Assembly (NCBI GenBank): GCA_012522695.1
Contig: JAAYJX010000147.1
Span: 1 to 60,086 of the forward strand
DNA: 60,086 nucleotides
Origin: Erysipelotrichia bacterium
GTDB taxonomy: Bacteria; Bacillota_I; Bacilli_A; RFN20; CAG-826
Direction: 5' to 3'
How positions within the stretch are numbered: position 1 is the first letter of the stretch; every line of letters begins with the position of its first letter. Position numbers and translations under genes: made by a program. This document shows, in pieces, positions 16,799 to 26,418 of the stretch. The notes below the pieces were generated by a model that had not been told where the DNA came from, made no database searches, and saw nothing but the letters and a program-made list of their open reading frames with translations.

Positions 16799-19390
16799 TT
16801 ATACATCATACCAACTTTTAGCGATGTTTCCCTCTACTTTTAATTTCATTTTAAAGGCGGAAATATTTTCCATAACTTTAATAATATCTTTTTTAACTAA
16901 TTCTTTTTCATCACGTGGAATTTTAAAAATAAGTTCATCATGAATTTGTAAAACAAGTCGCGATTTATAACCTTTTTCTTTTAACATTTTTGTGACATTA
17001 ATCATTGCTAGTTTAATTAAATCAGCGGCTGTTCCTTGAATTGGTGCGTTCATCGCAGCCCGCTTTGCAAATTCGCGTTTATGATAATTTGTTTCATAAA
17101 TTTCACGAATATAACGTCTTCTTTTAAAGTACGTTGAAACATAACCATTTTGAAAAGCTTCTTCGACCATGCTTTTTAAAAATAAGTCAACTTCTTGATA
17201 AGTAAGAAAAAAAGTCTCGATAATTTTTTTTGCTTCTTTAACCGAAATATTTAATTGTTCACTTAAACCCCAATCGGAAATACCATAAACAATTCCAAAG
17301 TTAACGGCTTTGGCTTTTCTTCTAGCGTCTAAGTCGTCTTCACTAAATAATGCTTTAGCGGTTAAATCATGGATGTCTTCACCTTCATTAAAAGCTTTAA
17401 TTAATGTTTGACAATTACTTAAAACGGCTAAGACACGCAGTTCAATTTGCGAATAATCAAATGAACCAATATAAACATTTTCATCATTATAATAAAAGGC
17501 TTGACGAATTAAACGTCCTTCTTCATCACGAACTGATATATTTTGTAAATTAGGCTCACTACTTGAAAGCCTTCCCGTCGTCGTTAAAGCTTGATTAAAA
17601 ATTGTATGCAGTTTTCCATCTTCGTAAAGATGGGCACTTATACCTTCAATATAGGTTGATTGCAACTTAGCGTATTTTCGATATTCTAAAATTAATCTAA
17701 CAATTTCATATTCATCACTTAACTTCGATAAAACCTCAAAAGAAGTAGAGTCTTTTTTTGGACGAGGGAGAAGTAATTTATCGTATAAAAGTTCACCGAC
17801 TTGCTTTGGCGAATTTAAATTAATAATTTCACCAGCAAGAATAAATATTTGCTCACTTAAAATATTAATTTGTTTCGAAAAAGTTTCACCAATTGCTTTT
17901 AAAACATCAACTTGCAAGGGGAAACCTTCAATTTCCATTTCTGCTAAAACAATTGCTAAGGGAAGTTCGATTGTATGATAAAGTTCATCGACACCTTCTT
18001 TTTTTAAAAGCTTTTGGACGTTTTCTTTTAACTTTAAAGCAAAATAAGCAATTTTTGATGTTCTTAAAGGATGAGCGTTTTCGAAAAGAGAAATCAAGTT
18101 ATCATCTTCGGCATATATATCTTTACCAAAATAATTATAAATTGCTCCAGCTTCATTTTTAAGCGAAGTATCAAGCAAATAAGCACTTAGTAATAAATCA
18201 AAAGCAAGGCCTTCTAAATTAATACTTAAACGACTTAAAAGAATCTTAATTGCCTTAGCGTCATAGACGTGTTTTAAACAAGTTTTATCTTCTAAAATTT
18301 TTTTAAGTGTTTCATCATTTTGTAAATATTCATTTTTTATATAGTAAATTTGTTGATCATCACAAATTGCTAAACCAAAAATTTCACTTTTAAAATAATT
18401 TCCCTCTTCAACATCAAGCGCTAAACCGATCTCTTTTTTTAAAGTAATATTTTTAAAACTTGTTACTTCAAGATATTTAATTTCATTAGGCTCAAGACTG
18501 CTTTGACGGAATTTTTGCGGAAGACGATTTAATAAACTTTTTAATTCGTATGTTTGCGCAAAGTCATTAATGACTTTAAAATCATATCCTTGGTAAAGTG
18601 TTGCATCTAAAGAAAATGGTAAATCGACGCTCGTATGAATTGTTGCAAGTTTTTTTGTTAATAAACCTACCTCGGCATGAGTGACAATATTTTCACCAAC
18701 TTTTGAAGTCATACTTGGAGCAGCTTCAATAATTTCTTCAAGTGTTTCAAATTGTGATAATAAATTGATTGCTGTTTTAGGCCCGACCCCAGGAATACCA
18801 GGAAGGTTATCGCTACTATCGCCCGTTAATCCTTTAAAATCTGGGACTTGATCAGGACGCACTCCATAGCCTTCAACCATATTTAGATGATTAACAATTT
18901 CAATATTTGATAAACCAGTTTTTAAAAGATGAACAGAAATGTTTTTATCAATTAGTTGTAAGAAATCACGGTCACTAGTATAAATAACAACTTGATGTTT
19001 TTCTTTTGAAGCAATTTTCGCTAATGTTCCACATAAATCGTCAGCTTCATAGCCATCTTCTTCATAAACATAAATACCGAGTGAAGTTAAAAGTTGTCTT
19101 GCTAGGGGCATTTGAATAATGAGTTGTTCATCAACAGGCTTTCTTTGCGCTTTATAATCTTCAAACTCTTCTTTACGAAAAGTAGCCTTACCTGTATCAA
19201 AAGCAACAAAAATATGTTCGCCGTCTTTTAAAGAATTTAAAATTTTATTAATCATATTGCCAAAGGCAAATAAAGCATTTGTTGGTATTCCATCTTTTGT
19301 TCGCATTAAAGCTTCGTTTTGTCGATAGGCCGTTGCATAATACGCCCGAAAAAGTAAAGAATTACCATCAATTATATAAACTTTTGCCAT
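16799..19390 (-). CDS. polA: DNA polymerase I
   Basis: 5'-nuclease N-terminus (DGNSLLFRAYYA, SDNLPGIPGVGPKTA) and pol A-family motifs (DYSQIELRVLA, KAVNFGIVYG, QIHDEL); 863 aa. Confidence 0.95.
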   Translation of the reverse strand: MAKVYIIDGNSLLFRAYYATAYRQNEALMRTKDGIPTNALFAFGNMINKILNSLKDGEHIFVAFDTGKATFRKEEFEDYKAQRKPVDEQLIIQMPLARQLLTSLGIYVYEEDGYEADDLCGTLAKIASKEKHQVVIYTSDRDFLQLIDKNISVHLLKTGLSNIEIVNHLNMVEGYGVRPDQVPDFKGLTGDSSDNLPGIPGVGPKTAINLLSQFETLEEIIEAAPSMTSKVGENIVTHAEVGLLTKKLATIHTSVDLPFSLDATLYQGYDFKVINDFAQTYELKSLLNRLPQKFRQSSLEPNEIKYLEVTSFKNITLKKEIGLALDVEEGNYFKSEIFGLAICDDQQIYYIKNEYLQNDETLKKILEDKTCLKHVYDAKAIKILLSRLSINLEGLAFDLLLSAYLLDTSLKNEAGAIYNYFGKDIYAEDDNLISLFENAHPLRTSKIAYFALKLKENVQKLLKKEGVDELYHTIELPLAIVLAEMEIEGFPLQVDVLKAIGETFSKQINILSEQIFILAGEIINLNSPKQVGELLYDKLLLPRPKKDSTSFEVLSKLSDEYEIVRLILEYRKYAKLQSTYIEGISAHLYEDGKLHTIFNQALTTTGRLSSSEPNLQNISVRDEEGRLIRQAFYYNDENVYIGSFDYSQIELRVLAVLSNCQTLIKAFNEGEDIHDLTAKALFSEDDLDARRKAKAVNFGIVYGISDWGLSEQLNISVKEAKKIIETFFLTYQEVDLFLKSMVEEAFQNGYVSTYFKRRRYIREIYETNYHKREFAKRAAMNAPIQGTAADLIKLAMINVTKMLKEKGYKSRLVLQIHDELIFKIPRDEKELVKKDIIKVMENISAFKMKLKVEGNIAKSWYDV

Positions 19391-22300
19391 TTATTTATCT
19401 ACCCCTATAATTTCATTTGCGATTAAAGTATTTTCGCGTTTAAGATCAAAATAACCTTTTATACGTAGGATGTTATTTTTAACAAGTAAATCATGATATA
19501 AAAGATATTGCTTTGAAAAAATCGTTACTTCTAATTCATCGCTTTCATCAAAAACGTTTAAAAACGCCATTAAAGATCCAGTTTTTGTTTTAATAACACG
19601 GACACTACGAACAATTACAAGAAGATGAGCATTTCTTAATTCTTTTTCTTTTGCTACAAAAATAGTTACTAAATCTTTATGTGTTTCATATAAGTCTTGT
19701 TTATATTTTAAAGGCGACCCACTAAGCATTAAGCCGAGCGTTTCATATTCAAGTTGCAAGTCTTCAAGTTCGTCAACGTGTGCTTTTGTTTCATAACTTG
19801 GCTTAGGGACGCTTAAACTATCAATAATTAATTGTCCGTCTTTGTTATATCTAAGTGAAGCATATTGAAGAGCCTTATTTATGCTTGCTCGTAAATTAGC
19901 ACGACTAACATTAAATAAATCAAAAGCGCCGGCGTTAATTAATTTAGTAAGGGAAACGGGACTAATTTGGTAAAAAAACATTCGCTCAACAAAATCAAAG
20001 AAATCTTTAAAAAGACCCCCTTTTACTCTTTCTTCTAAAATATTTATAACGGTCGCACTTAAAAAACCTTTAATCATCGATAAAGGAAATAATAAAGCCC
20101 CGTCTTTTAAAGAAAAGTTTGTTTCTGAATAATTAATATTAGGGCCAAGAATTTGGATGTTACGTTTTTTAATTTCACTTAATGTAATAAAAAATTTATC
20201 ATCACTTGCCCCTGGTGAATGGGTTAAGATTGCAACATAAAATTCAAGTGGATAATAAGCTTTTAAATACGCCATTTGTGTGGCAAGTTTTGCATAACAT
20301 AGTGAATGGCTTTTGTTAAAGCCATAATCAGCAAATTTATAAATTAAATCAAAAACTTTATTAGCTTCTTCGTTTGTATAATTATTATTCGTTGCACCCC
20401 TTATAAAGTTATTTCTTAAATTAGCTAATTCCAAACTATCTTTTTTTGAAATCGCACGCCGAAAAGAATCGGCCTCAGCATATGAAAATTGGGCCATCTC
20501 ACGAACAATTTGCATAATTTGCTCTTGATAAACAATAATTCCATAAGTTGGACTTAAGATTTTTTCTAAGTTAGGAGATGGATAATTAATTTTCGTTTTG
20601 TTTTTCTTGCGTGAAGCATATAAAGGAATATTTTTCATCGGACCAGGTCGAAACAAAGCTAAAAGCGCAACAATATCATCAAACGTTTCAGGTTCTAATT
20701 GTTTAATTGCCTTTCTCATCCCGCTTGATTCAAGTTGAAACAAACCCATTACTAAATCATCTTTAATAAGTTTAATGGCCTTAATGTCATTACATGGCAG
20801 AGTTTCATAATTTAAGCTTATGCCTTTATTTTTTTTAATAAGTAAAAGACAATCATCAACAATTGATAAATTTCTTAGGCCTAAAATATCCATTTTTAAA
20901 AAGCCTTGCGCTTCTAAAAAGTCCATTTCATATTCACTTAAATAATTTCCTTCATAATCAAGGCTAATTGGTAAAACTTTTTCTAAAGGCTCATCGTTTA
21001 AAATAATTCCAGCTGCGTGCATGCCTTGTTGACGAGGAAAGCCTTCAATATAAGAAGCTAGAGTAACGATTTCTAAATAATATTTATCACTATCAACTAA
21101 CTTCTTAAAAGCTGGATTTCTTTTATAGTTTTCTCGAAGTGAAGCACTTGGATCAATAATTAGTTTTGATATATAATCGATTTCACGATTTTCAATTTGA
21201 TAAACACGTCCGATATCACGTAAAGCTTGTTTCGCACCAATTGTTTGAACAGTCATTATATGAGAAACTTTATTTTGTCCATATTTTTCTTTTAAATATT
21301 CAATAACTTCATGACGACGAAGATCAGAAAAATCTAAATCAATATCTGGTAAAGATAAGCGTTCAGGATTTAAAAAGCGCTCAAATAATAAATCATGTTC
21401 TAAAGGATCACAACTAACGATACCTAAAGCATAACTAACAAGTGAACTAGCCGCGCTACCTCGACCTGGACCGACAGCTATTTGCACATTTTTAGCAAAT
21501 CTAACATAATCACTAACAATTAAAAAATAGTCGCTATAACCCATCTTAGTAATAACATCTAATTCGTAATTTAAACGCTTTAAATATGTTTCATCTGGGT
21601 CCTTAACTTTTTCTTTTAAGCCCTTTAAAGCCATTTCTTTTAAGTAAGCATCACTTTCTTCTTTATTAAAATGATTAAATTTTAAAAGTTCGCCACGCTT
21701 TTTAATAAGTTCGAATGAACTTAAAGAATGTAAATTAGAAGTCGCTTCAATTTCTTCTTTAAGATAAAAAGACGTGATTTCTTCTTTAGTTAATAAATAT
21801 AAATGACCTTCAACTTCTTTAATTTCTAAAAAAGCATCATTTTTAATTGCCTCAACAATTGTTAAAATAAGTGCATCTTTTTTTTCAAGATATTTAATAA
21901 GTGGAAAAGCAATCGAATGATAATTGTATTTATTTGCAAATTCACGAAAATAAGTTAAATATTCTTGCTCTTCTTCTTGAATTAAATAATCAATTCCTAA
22001 GTAAAAATACTTACTTAAAAAAGAGTAGGGGAGCAAAAACCGTGACATTAAACTTTTATCTTCTAAATATAAATCTTTAAGTTTACTTTGATTAATGGCT
22101 AATACAATTGCCAAGCCCTCACTTCTTAGTTTTATATCTTCAAGACTTAATTCGCCCTTTCTTTTTAAATAAACAATTTCTAAAAGATGCAGATAGCCAA
22201 CTTCATTTAAAATATAAAATGATAAGACGAGTTCATTAATTTCTAAATCTAAACCAAAGAGAGGTTTTAATTGATATTTTTTTAAAAGTTTTTCAAAATG

Positions 22301-22444
22301 CGGTAAACCTGTTAATGATGCAAAATCGCTTATTCCTGAACCTAAAAAGCCTCTTTTTTTTAAAGCTTTGGCGTATTTTTCTAAATTAAGTCCACTTTGT
22401 AAAAAAGAATAGCCGCTATAAACGTGTAAAGGAATAAAATTCAT
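19391..22444 (-). CDS. dnaE: DNA polymerase III alpha subunit (DnaE type)
   Basis: PHP N-terminus (HVYSGYSFLQS), GPGRGSAASSLV, PDIDLDF, FNKSHS; 1017 aa. Its stop abuts the polA start. Confidence 0.92.
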   Translation of the reverse strand: MNFIPLHVYSGYSFLQSGLNLEKYAKALKKRGFLGSGISDFASLTGLPHFEKLLKKYQLKPLFGLDLEINELVLSFYILNEVGYLHLLEIVYLKRKGELSLEDIKLRSEGLAIVLAINQSKLKDLYLEDKSLMSRFLLPYSFLSKYFYLGIDYLIQEEEQEYLTYFREFANKYNYHSIAFPLIKYLEKKDALILTIVEAIKNDAFLEIKEVEGHLYLLTKEEITSFYLKEEIEATSNLHSLSSFELIKKRGELLKFNHFNKEESDAYLKEMALKGLKEKVKDPDETYLKRLNYELDVITKMGYSDYFLIVSDYVRFAKNVQIAVGPGRGSAASSLVSYALGIVSCDPLEHDLLFERFLNPERLSLPDIDLDFSDLRRHEVIEYLKEKYGQNKVSHIMTVQTIGAKQALRDIGRVYQIENREIDYISKLIIDPSASLRENYKRNPAFKKLVDSDKYYLEIVTLASYIEGFPRQQGMHAAGIILNDEPLEKVLPISLDYEGNYLSEYEMDFLEAQGFLKMDILGLRNLSIVDDCLLLIKKNKGISLNYETLPCNDIKAIKLIKDDLVMGLFQLESSGMRKAIKQLEPETFDDIVALLALFRPGPMKNIPLYASRKKNKTKINYPSPNLEKILSPTYGIIVYQEQIMQIVREMAQFSYAEADSFRRAISKKDSLELANLRNNFIRGATNNNYTNEEANKVFDLIYKFADYGFNKSHSLCYAKLATQMAYLKAYYPLEFYVAILTHSPGASDDKFFITLSEIKKRNIQILGPNINYSETNFSLKDGALLFPLSMIKGFLSATVINILEERVKGGLFKDFFDFVERMFFYQISPVSLTKLINAGAFDLFNVSRANLRASINKALQYASLRYNKDGQLIIDSLSVPKPSYETKAHVDELEDLQLEYETLGLMLSGSPLKYKQDLYETHKDLVTIFVAKEKELRNAHLLVIVRSVRVIKTKTGSLMAFLNVFDESDELEVTIFSKQYLLYHDLLVKNNILRIKGYFDLKRENTLIANEIIGVDK

Positions 22445-22482
22445 CTTCTATATTTTAGCAAAAGATTTACTCTTTTTTAATG

Positions 22483-22502
22483 AAAAGGTTGCAAAACCTT
22501 TT
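22483..22502. terminator. AT-rich hairpin between nrnA and dnaE (weak terminator or attenuator)
   Basis: AAAAGGTT-GCAA-AACCTTTT perfect 8-bp stem. Confidence 0.35.
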
Positions 22503-22504
22503 TC

Positions 22505-23500
22505 TTAAATGAATAAGTCGTCTAAATCTTTAATAAATTGCTCAAGTTGATCGAGGGTTTTAATTTTTGCACCGCTAGCTTGGGCGTGTCCGCCACCTTC
22601 ATATTTAGCTGCGACTTCATTAATTGCTTTTTCTTTCGAACGAATTGAAATCCGATAACATTTGTCTTTTATATCCTCAGTAATCGAACACCAAACATTA
22701 ATCCCTTCAATATTAGAAAAAATATTAACGTTTTCTTTACCACGTTCAGTCGTAATATTTAATTCTTTTTGAACCTCGTCACTTAAAACATAATAAGCAA
22801 CACCGTGTTCGCTAACTTTAAAATTGTTTAAAACGTATGCCGTAACTTTTAAGTCTTCAATTTTTTTATAATACATTTTTTGATAAACATTACTTAAAGT
22901 AAAACCAGTCTTAAGTAATTCTTTAGCAATCGCAAAAGTATGTGGAGTAGTGGAATTATATTGGAAACGTCCTGAATCGCCTGCTAGGGCAATATAAAAG
23001 TTACTAGCAGCTTCTTTACTTAAAATGTACTTGCCTTTAATTGATAAAAGCATATTGACAACAATTTCACTTGCCGCGGCCATCTTTGTATTAACGAGAT
23101 TTATATGACCAAATTGTTCAACAGCAGGGTGATGATCTATTTTAATAATTAAACTTGCTTTTGCCCAACGCGGATCAGCAATCCGTGACTTATTAGCGGT
23201 ATCTAAAATAATAGCTAAGAACGGCTCATTAAACCAATCCTCATTTAATTTTTCGGTTTCAGGGAAAAGACGTGGGGTAAAACTTACATGGTTATCACCC
23301 AAATAACGAATTTCTTTATTTGGAAAATTATCCTTTAACCAAATATATAAACCCATTTGTGTACCCATCGCATCAAAATCGGGCATAATATGACGAAAAA
23401 GGGCGATTTTATCAAATTTTTTAATTTCATTTAATATCTCGTGATATTGTTTTAAAAAAGGCTTAGCTTCTTTTTTAATTAAACGATCAATTTTATTCAT
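22505..23500 (-). CDS. nrnA: DHH/DHHA1 phosphoesterase, NrnA-like oligoribonuclease/pAp phosphatase
   Basis: DFDAMGT, IDHHP and GGGHAQASG motifs; 331 aa. Confidence 0.8.
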   Translation of the reverse strand: MNKIDRLIKKEAKPFLKQYHEILNEIKKFDKIALFRHIMPDFDAMGTQMGLYIWLKDNFPNKEIRYLGDNHVSFTPRLFPETEKLNEDWFNEPFLAIILDTANKSRIADPRWAKASLIIKIDHHPAVEQFGHINLVNTKMAAASEIVVNMLLSIKGKYILSKEAASNFYIALAGDSGRFQYNSTTPHTFAIAKELLKTGFTLSNVYQKMYYKKIEDLKVTAYVLNNFKVSEHGVAYYVLSDEVQKELNITTERGKENVNIFSNIEGINVWCSITEDIKDKCYRISIRSKEKAINEVAAKYEGGGHAQASGAKIKTLDQLEQFIKDLDDLFI

Positions 23501-23571
23501 AAAACAATTCTCTTTTCTATTATCTATATAACTAAATATATATTATAAGTTTTTTTCTCTTTAAAGAAAAG

Positions 23572-23598
23572 AAAAAGCGACTCCTTAGAGCCGCTTTT
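23572..23598 (-). terminator. Intrinsic terminator after the acidic lipoprotein gene
   Basis: On the - strand, AAAAGCGGCTC-TAAG-GAGTCGCTTTTT: a 9-bp stem with one mismatch, followed by a T-run. Confidence 0.65.
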
Positions 23599-23625
23599 AA
23601 ACAAATTTTGTTTAACTAATTAATC

Positions 23626-24960
23626 TTAGACTTCGAAGCCGTAGTCTTCTAAATCAAAGAAATAAGTTGTGTCAGAGGCATCGGCTTCACGATAGTCATC
23701 AACGTCAGGAAGTTCGATTGCGACTTCATCAAGACTAAAGAACACAAAAAGTGTCACATCATAAACTAATCCCCAACCTTCATCTACAATAATTAAATCA
23801 AGGTCTTCGATATCAAAGTCGTCTGAACCTTCAGGAACAGGATCGCTTTCGTCCCAATTTAAATCATAATAAAGGATTTCGATTAAATGATCAAAATAGT
23901 TATAGGCTGCTTCGAAAACGCCATCAGCATTAATAATAGCTTCAAAGCCCCAAACTTCGCCACGATCGACATAGACGCCAGCATAGCTAGGTCCCCAACC
24001 AGCACCTTCGGCGCTATAAATATCAAACCAAGAACCGAATGTATAATATCTAAGATGTAAATAGTCGCCATCTTCTTCATCAACGACTTTTTCAGCTTGG
24101 GCAACTAAGCGAACTACTTCAAAGTCATCTCCGCCAGCGAAAGCCATATAAGCAGCTTCGGCCCAATATAAGTATTCTTCAGCATTTCCGCTGTTGATAA
24201 ATACTTTAAAGTCATCGATATCGACATCATCAGAATCAGCACTAATTGCAAATGAATATGGATCGTCAACATCGTCTTCGGCAAGATTAGTTAAGTGAAC
24301 TTCTTCGCCATCATCCCAAACAGTCATAACTTCATTAATATAAGGGAAAGAGTCTCCGAGAACATAACCACCTGCGCCATTATCCTCAGCAAGAGCTAAA
24401 TCAACTTCAACGCCAACTTCAACAGCGTCGCCATCAATTAAGCCATAGCCACTAACTTCTTCCAAGTAAGCTTGTGATGGATCATTAAGAATTCTTGGGT
24501 CAAAACCTTCAACGCGTTGAATTACGGCTGCGTTAATGCCTTTAGAGGCTTCACCAATGTTATCAAGTACATAATAAAGATCGTCCACATCTACAAAACC
24601 TTCGTCTAAACCGGCAATAAAATCGGCTAAAAGACTTGGTTCTGGATCTGGATCTGAATCTGGATCAGAACTTGTATCGGTCGGATCAGAACTTGTATCT
24701 GTCGGATCTGAGGAAGTATCGCTTGAGGAATCTGTCGGATCTGAGGAAGTGTCGCTTGAGGAATCTGTCGGATCTGAGGAAGTATCGCTTGAGGAATCTG
24801 TCGGATCTGAGGAAGTGTCGTTTGACGGTTCTGTCGAATCAGTTGGAGACGTGTCCGTTACCGATGGATCATCACTATCAGTCGGAAGTGGAAGTACATC
24901 ACAACTTGCTAATGACAATAAAGCGAGCAATGTGATTGGTAAAAGTTTTTTTAATTTCAT
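23626..24960 (-). CDS. Highly acidic surface lipoprotein with an N-terminal Ser/Asp/Pro/Thr tandem-repeat linker; function unknown
   Basis: Signal peptide MKLKKLLPITLLALLSLASC with lipobox L-A-S-C. It is followed by four copies of the 11-aa unit DPTDSSSDTSS, then DPTDTSS x2. The rest is visibly Asp/Glu-rich. Confidence 0.8.
   Translation of the reverse strand: MKLKKLLPITLLALLSLASCDVLPLPTDSDDPSVTDTSPTDSTEPSNDTSSDPTDSSSDTSSDPTDSSSDTSSDPTDSSSDTSSDPTDTSSDPTDTSSDPDSDPDPEPSLLADFIAGLDEGFVDVDDLYYVLDNIGEASKGINAAVIQRVEGFDPRILNDPSQAYLEEVSGYGLIDGDAVEVGVEVDLALAEDNGAGGYVLGDSFPYINEVMTVWDDGEEVHLTNLAEDDVDDPYSFAISADSDDVDIDDFKVFINSGNAEEYLYWAEAAYMAFAGGDDFEVVRLVAQAEKVVDEEDGDYLHLRYYTFGSWFDIYSAEGAGWGPSYAGVYVDRGEVWGFEAIINADGVFEAAYNYFDHLIEILYYDLNWDESDPVPEGSDDFDIEDLDLIIVDEGWGLVYDVTLFVFFSLDEVAIELPDVDDYREADASDTTYFFDLEDYGFEV
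24660..24832. repeat. In-frame coding tandem repeats: 2 x 21 bp, then 4 x 33 bp (alternating A/G variant, effectively 2 x 66 bp)
   Basis: 33-bp units GTCGGATCTGAGGAAGTRTCGCTTGAGGAATCT lie at 24701-24733, 24734-24766, 24767-24799 and 24800-24832; the last is diverged at its end. Confidence 0.9.
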
Positions 24961-25060
24961 TACAGCATTTCTCCTTTCGTGTAAATAAAAATTATTTTAA
25001 TAGTAAGTCTTAACAAAAATATTGTCAACAATAAAAAATATTTATTCATAAATATGAAAA

Positions 25061-25074
25061 TGAAAGCGGTTTTA
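25061..25074. promoter_or_regulatory. cre-like site TGAAAGCGGTTTTA in the ackA/lipoprotein spacer
   Basis: One mismatch to TGWAANCGNTNWCA, at the same position as in the pfkA-proximal site. It lies about 35 nt upstream of a TTGACA(25028-25023)-17-TACTAT promoter for the lipoprotein gene. Confidence 0.35.
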
Positions 25075-25120
25075 AATTTTGCTTATTACTAAAGTAATAC
25101 CATTTATAGCGTTTTTTTAA

Positions 25121-26305
25121 TTAAATTAGCCGAAAAGTATCGCGCGCAATCATAACTTCTTCATCAGTCGGAATTAAAGCAACGTGAACTTTACTGCTCG
25201 GATTTGTTAATAAAGTTGTAATAGCCCGACTATTTTTATTAATTTCTTCATTAAAGTCGATTTCAAGTGCAGAACTTATTTCTTTTATGACATTTTGGCG
25301 AAAAGAGTGCGAATTCTCGCCAATTCCCGCTGAAAAAATAATTAAATCAGCTCCGCCTAAGCGCACAAAATATTGACCAATATAATCAGCAATTCGCCGA
25401 ATAAATAAACGTTGTGCTAAGATTGCTCGTTCGTTTCCTTTAGCCTTAGCTTTATCGACATCGCGAGCATCATTTGAAACACCAGAAACACCTAAAAGAC
25501 CTGATTTTTTATTTAAGATATCATAAACTTCTTGAATGTCTTTATTTAATTTATGACACAAAAAATAAACGATTGACGGATCAATATCGCCAGTTCTTGT
25601 TCCCATCATAATACCGCCAAGAGGAGTTAGACCCATCGAAGTAGCAACACATTTACCATTTTTAACCGCACTAATTGAAGCGCCTGAACCAATATGACAA
25701 GTAATAATTTTTAAATTTTCTTGACCTAATAATTTAGCGCCTTCAATTGCTAAATATTCATGAGAAGTGCCATGGAAGCCATAACGATAAAGATCGTATT
25801 TTGTTGTTAATTCATATGGGATTGGAAAAACAAAATCTTCTTCGGCCATACTCCGATGAAAGGCTGTATCAAAAGTAGCGACATTTGGTATGTTAGGTAG
25901 TATTTCTTTAAAAGCTCGATAGCCAGTTAAATTTGGACCATTATGAAGTGGAGCTAAGTCGATTAAAGAATGGACTTTTTCAGCAACCGATTCATCAAAA
26001 ATAACACTCTTATTATAATATTTACCACCTTGAACAACACGATGACCAATTGCAGCAATTTCATCAAAGCTTTGGATAATATTATGTTTTTTAAGGGCAT
26101 CTACGAGTAAATGAACAGCTTTTTTATGATCACTAATCGGCAATACTTCTTTATAACTTTGCTGATTAATTTTAATTTGAAAAATTGCATCTTCATGCAT
26201 AATCCGTTCAGCAATACCTGAACATAATACTTCTTCGCTTGGCATTAAATACAATTTAAATTTTAAACTTGAACTTCCGGCATTAACAACGAGAATCTTT
26301 TTCAT
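25121..26305 (-). CDS. ackA: Acetate kinase
   Basis: MKKILVVNAGSSSLKFKLY, GFHGTSH, SAGIGENS; 394 aa. Confidence 0.95.
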   Translation of the reverse strand: MKKILVVNAGSSSLKFKLYLMPSEEVLCSGIAERIMHEDAIFQIKINQQSYKEVLPISDHKKAVHLLVDALKKHNIIQSFDEIAAIGHRVVQGGKYYNKSVIFDESVAEKVHSLIDLAPLHNGPNLTGYRAFKEILPNIPNVATFDTAFHRSMAEEDFVFPIPYELTTKYDLYRYGFHGTSHEYLAIEGAKLLGQENLKIITCHIGSGASISAVKNGKCVATSMGLTPLGGIMMGTRTGDIDPSIVYFLCHKLNKDIQEVYDILNKKSGLLGVSGVSNDARDVDKAKAKGNERAILAQRLFIRRIADYIGQYFVRLGGADLIIFSAGIGENSHSFRQNVIKEISSALEIDFNEEINKNSRAITTLLTNPSSKVHVALIPTDEEVMIARDTFRLI

Positions 26306-26418
26306 TTTTTTTCCTCATATCAACATTTAAAATTATAGCGATTAATTAACTTAAGTTCAATTTTAACTTTTGACACTTTAATTATATCGCGTGTATATGT
26401 ATAATAAATAATTAGTGT

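Noticed and set aside
24660-24832. Possible CRISPR array, because of regularly spaced near-identical ~33-bp units.
   Set aside because: The units are contiguous with no spacers, are in frame inside a coding sequence, and no cas genes are present anywhere in the window.
24636-24988. Two + strand ORFs (99 aa and 79 aa) with their own internal repeats, antisense to the acidic lipoprotein gene.
   Set aside because: They exist only because the tandem repeat keeps every frame open. They have no SD or promoter. The - strand frame has a canonical signal peptide and lipobox and runs 444 aa.
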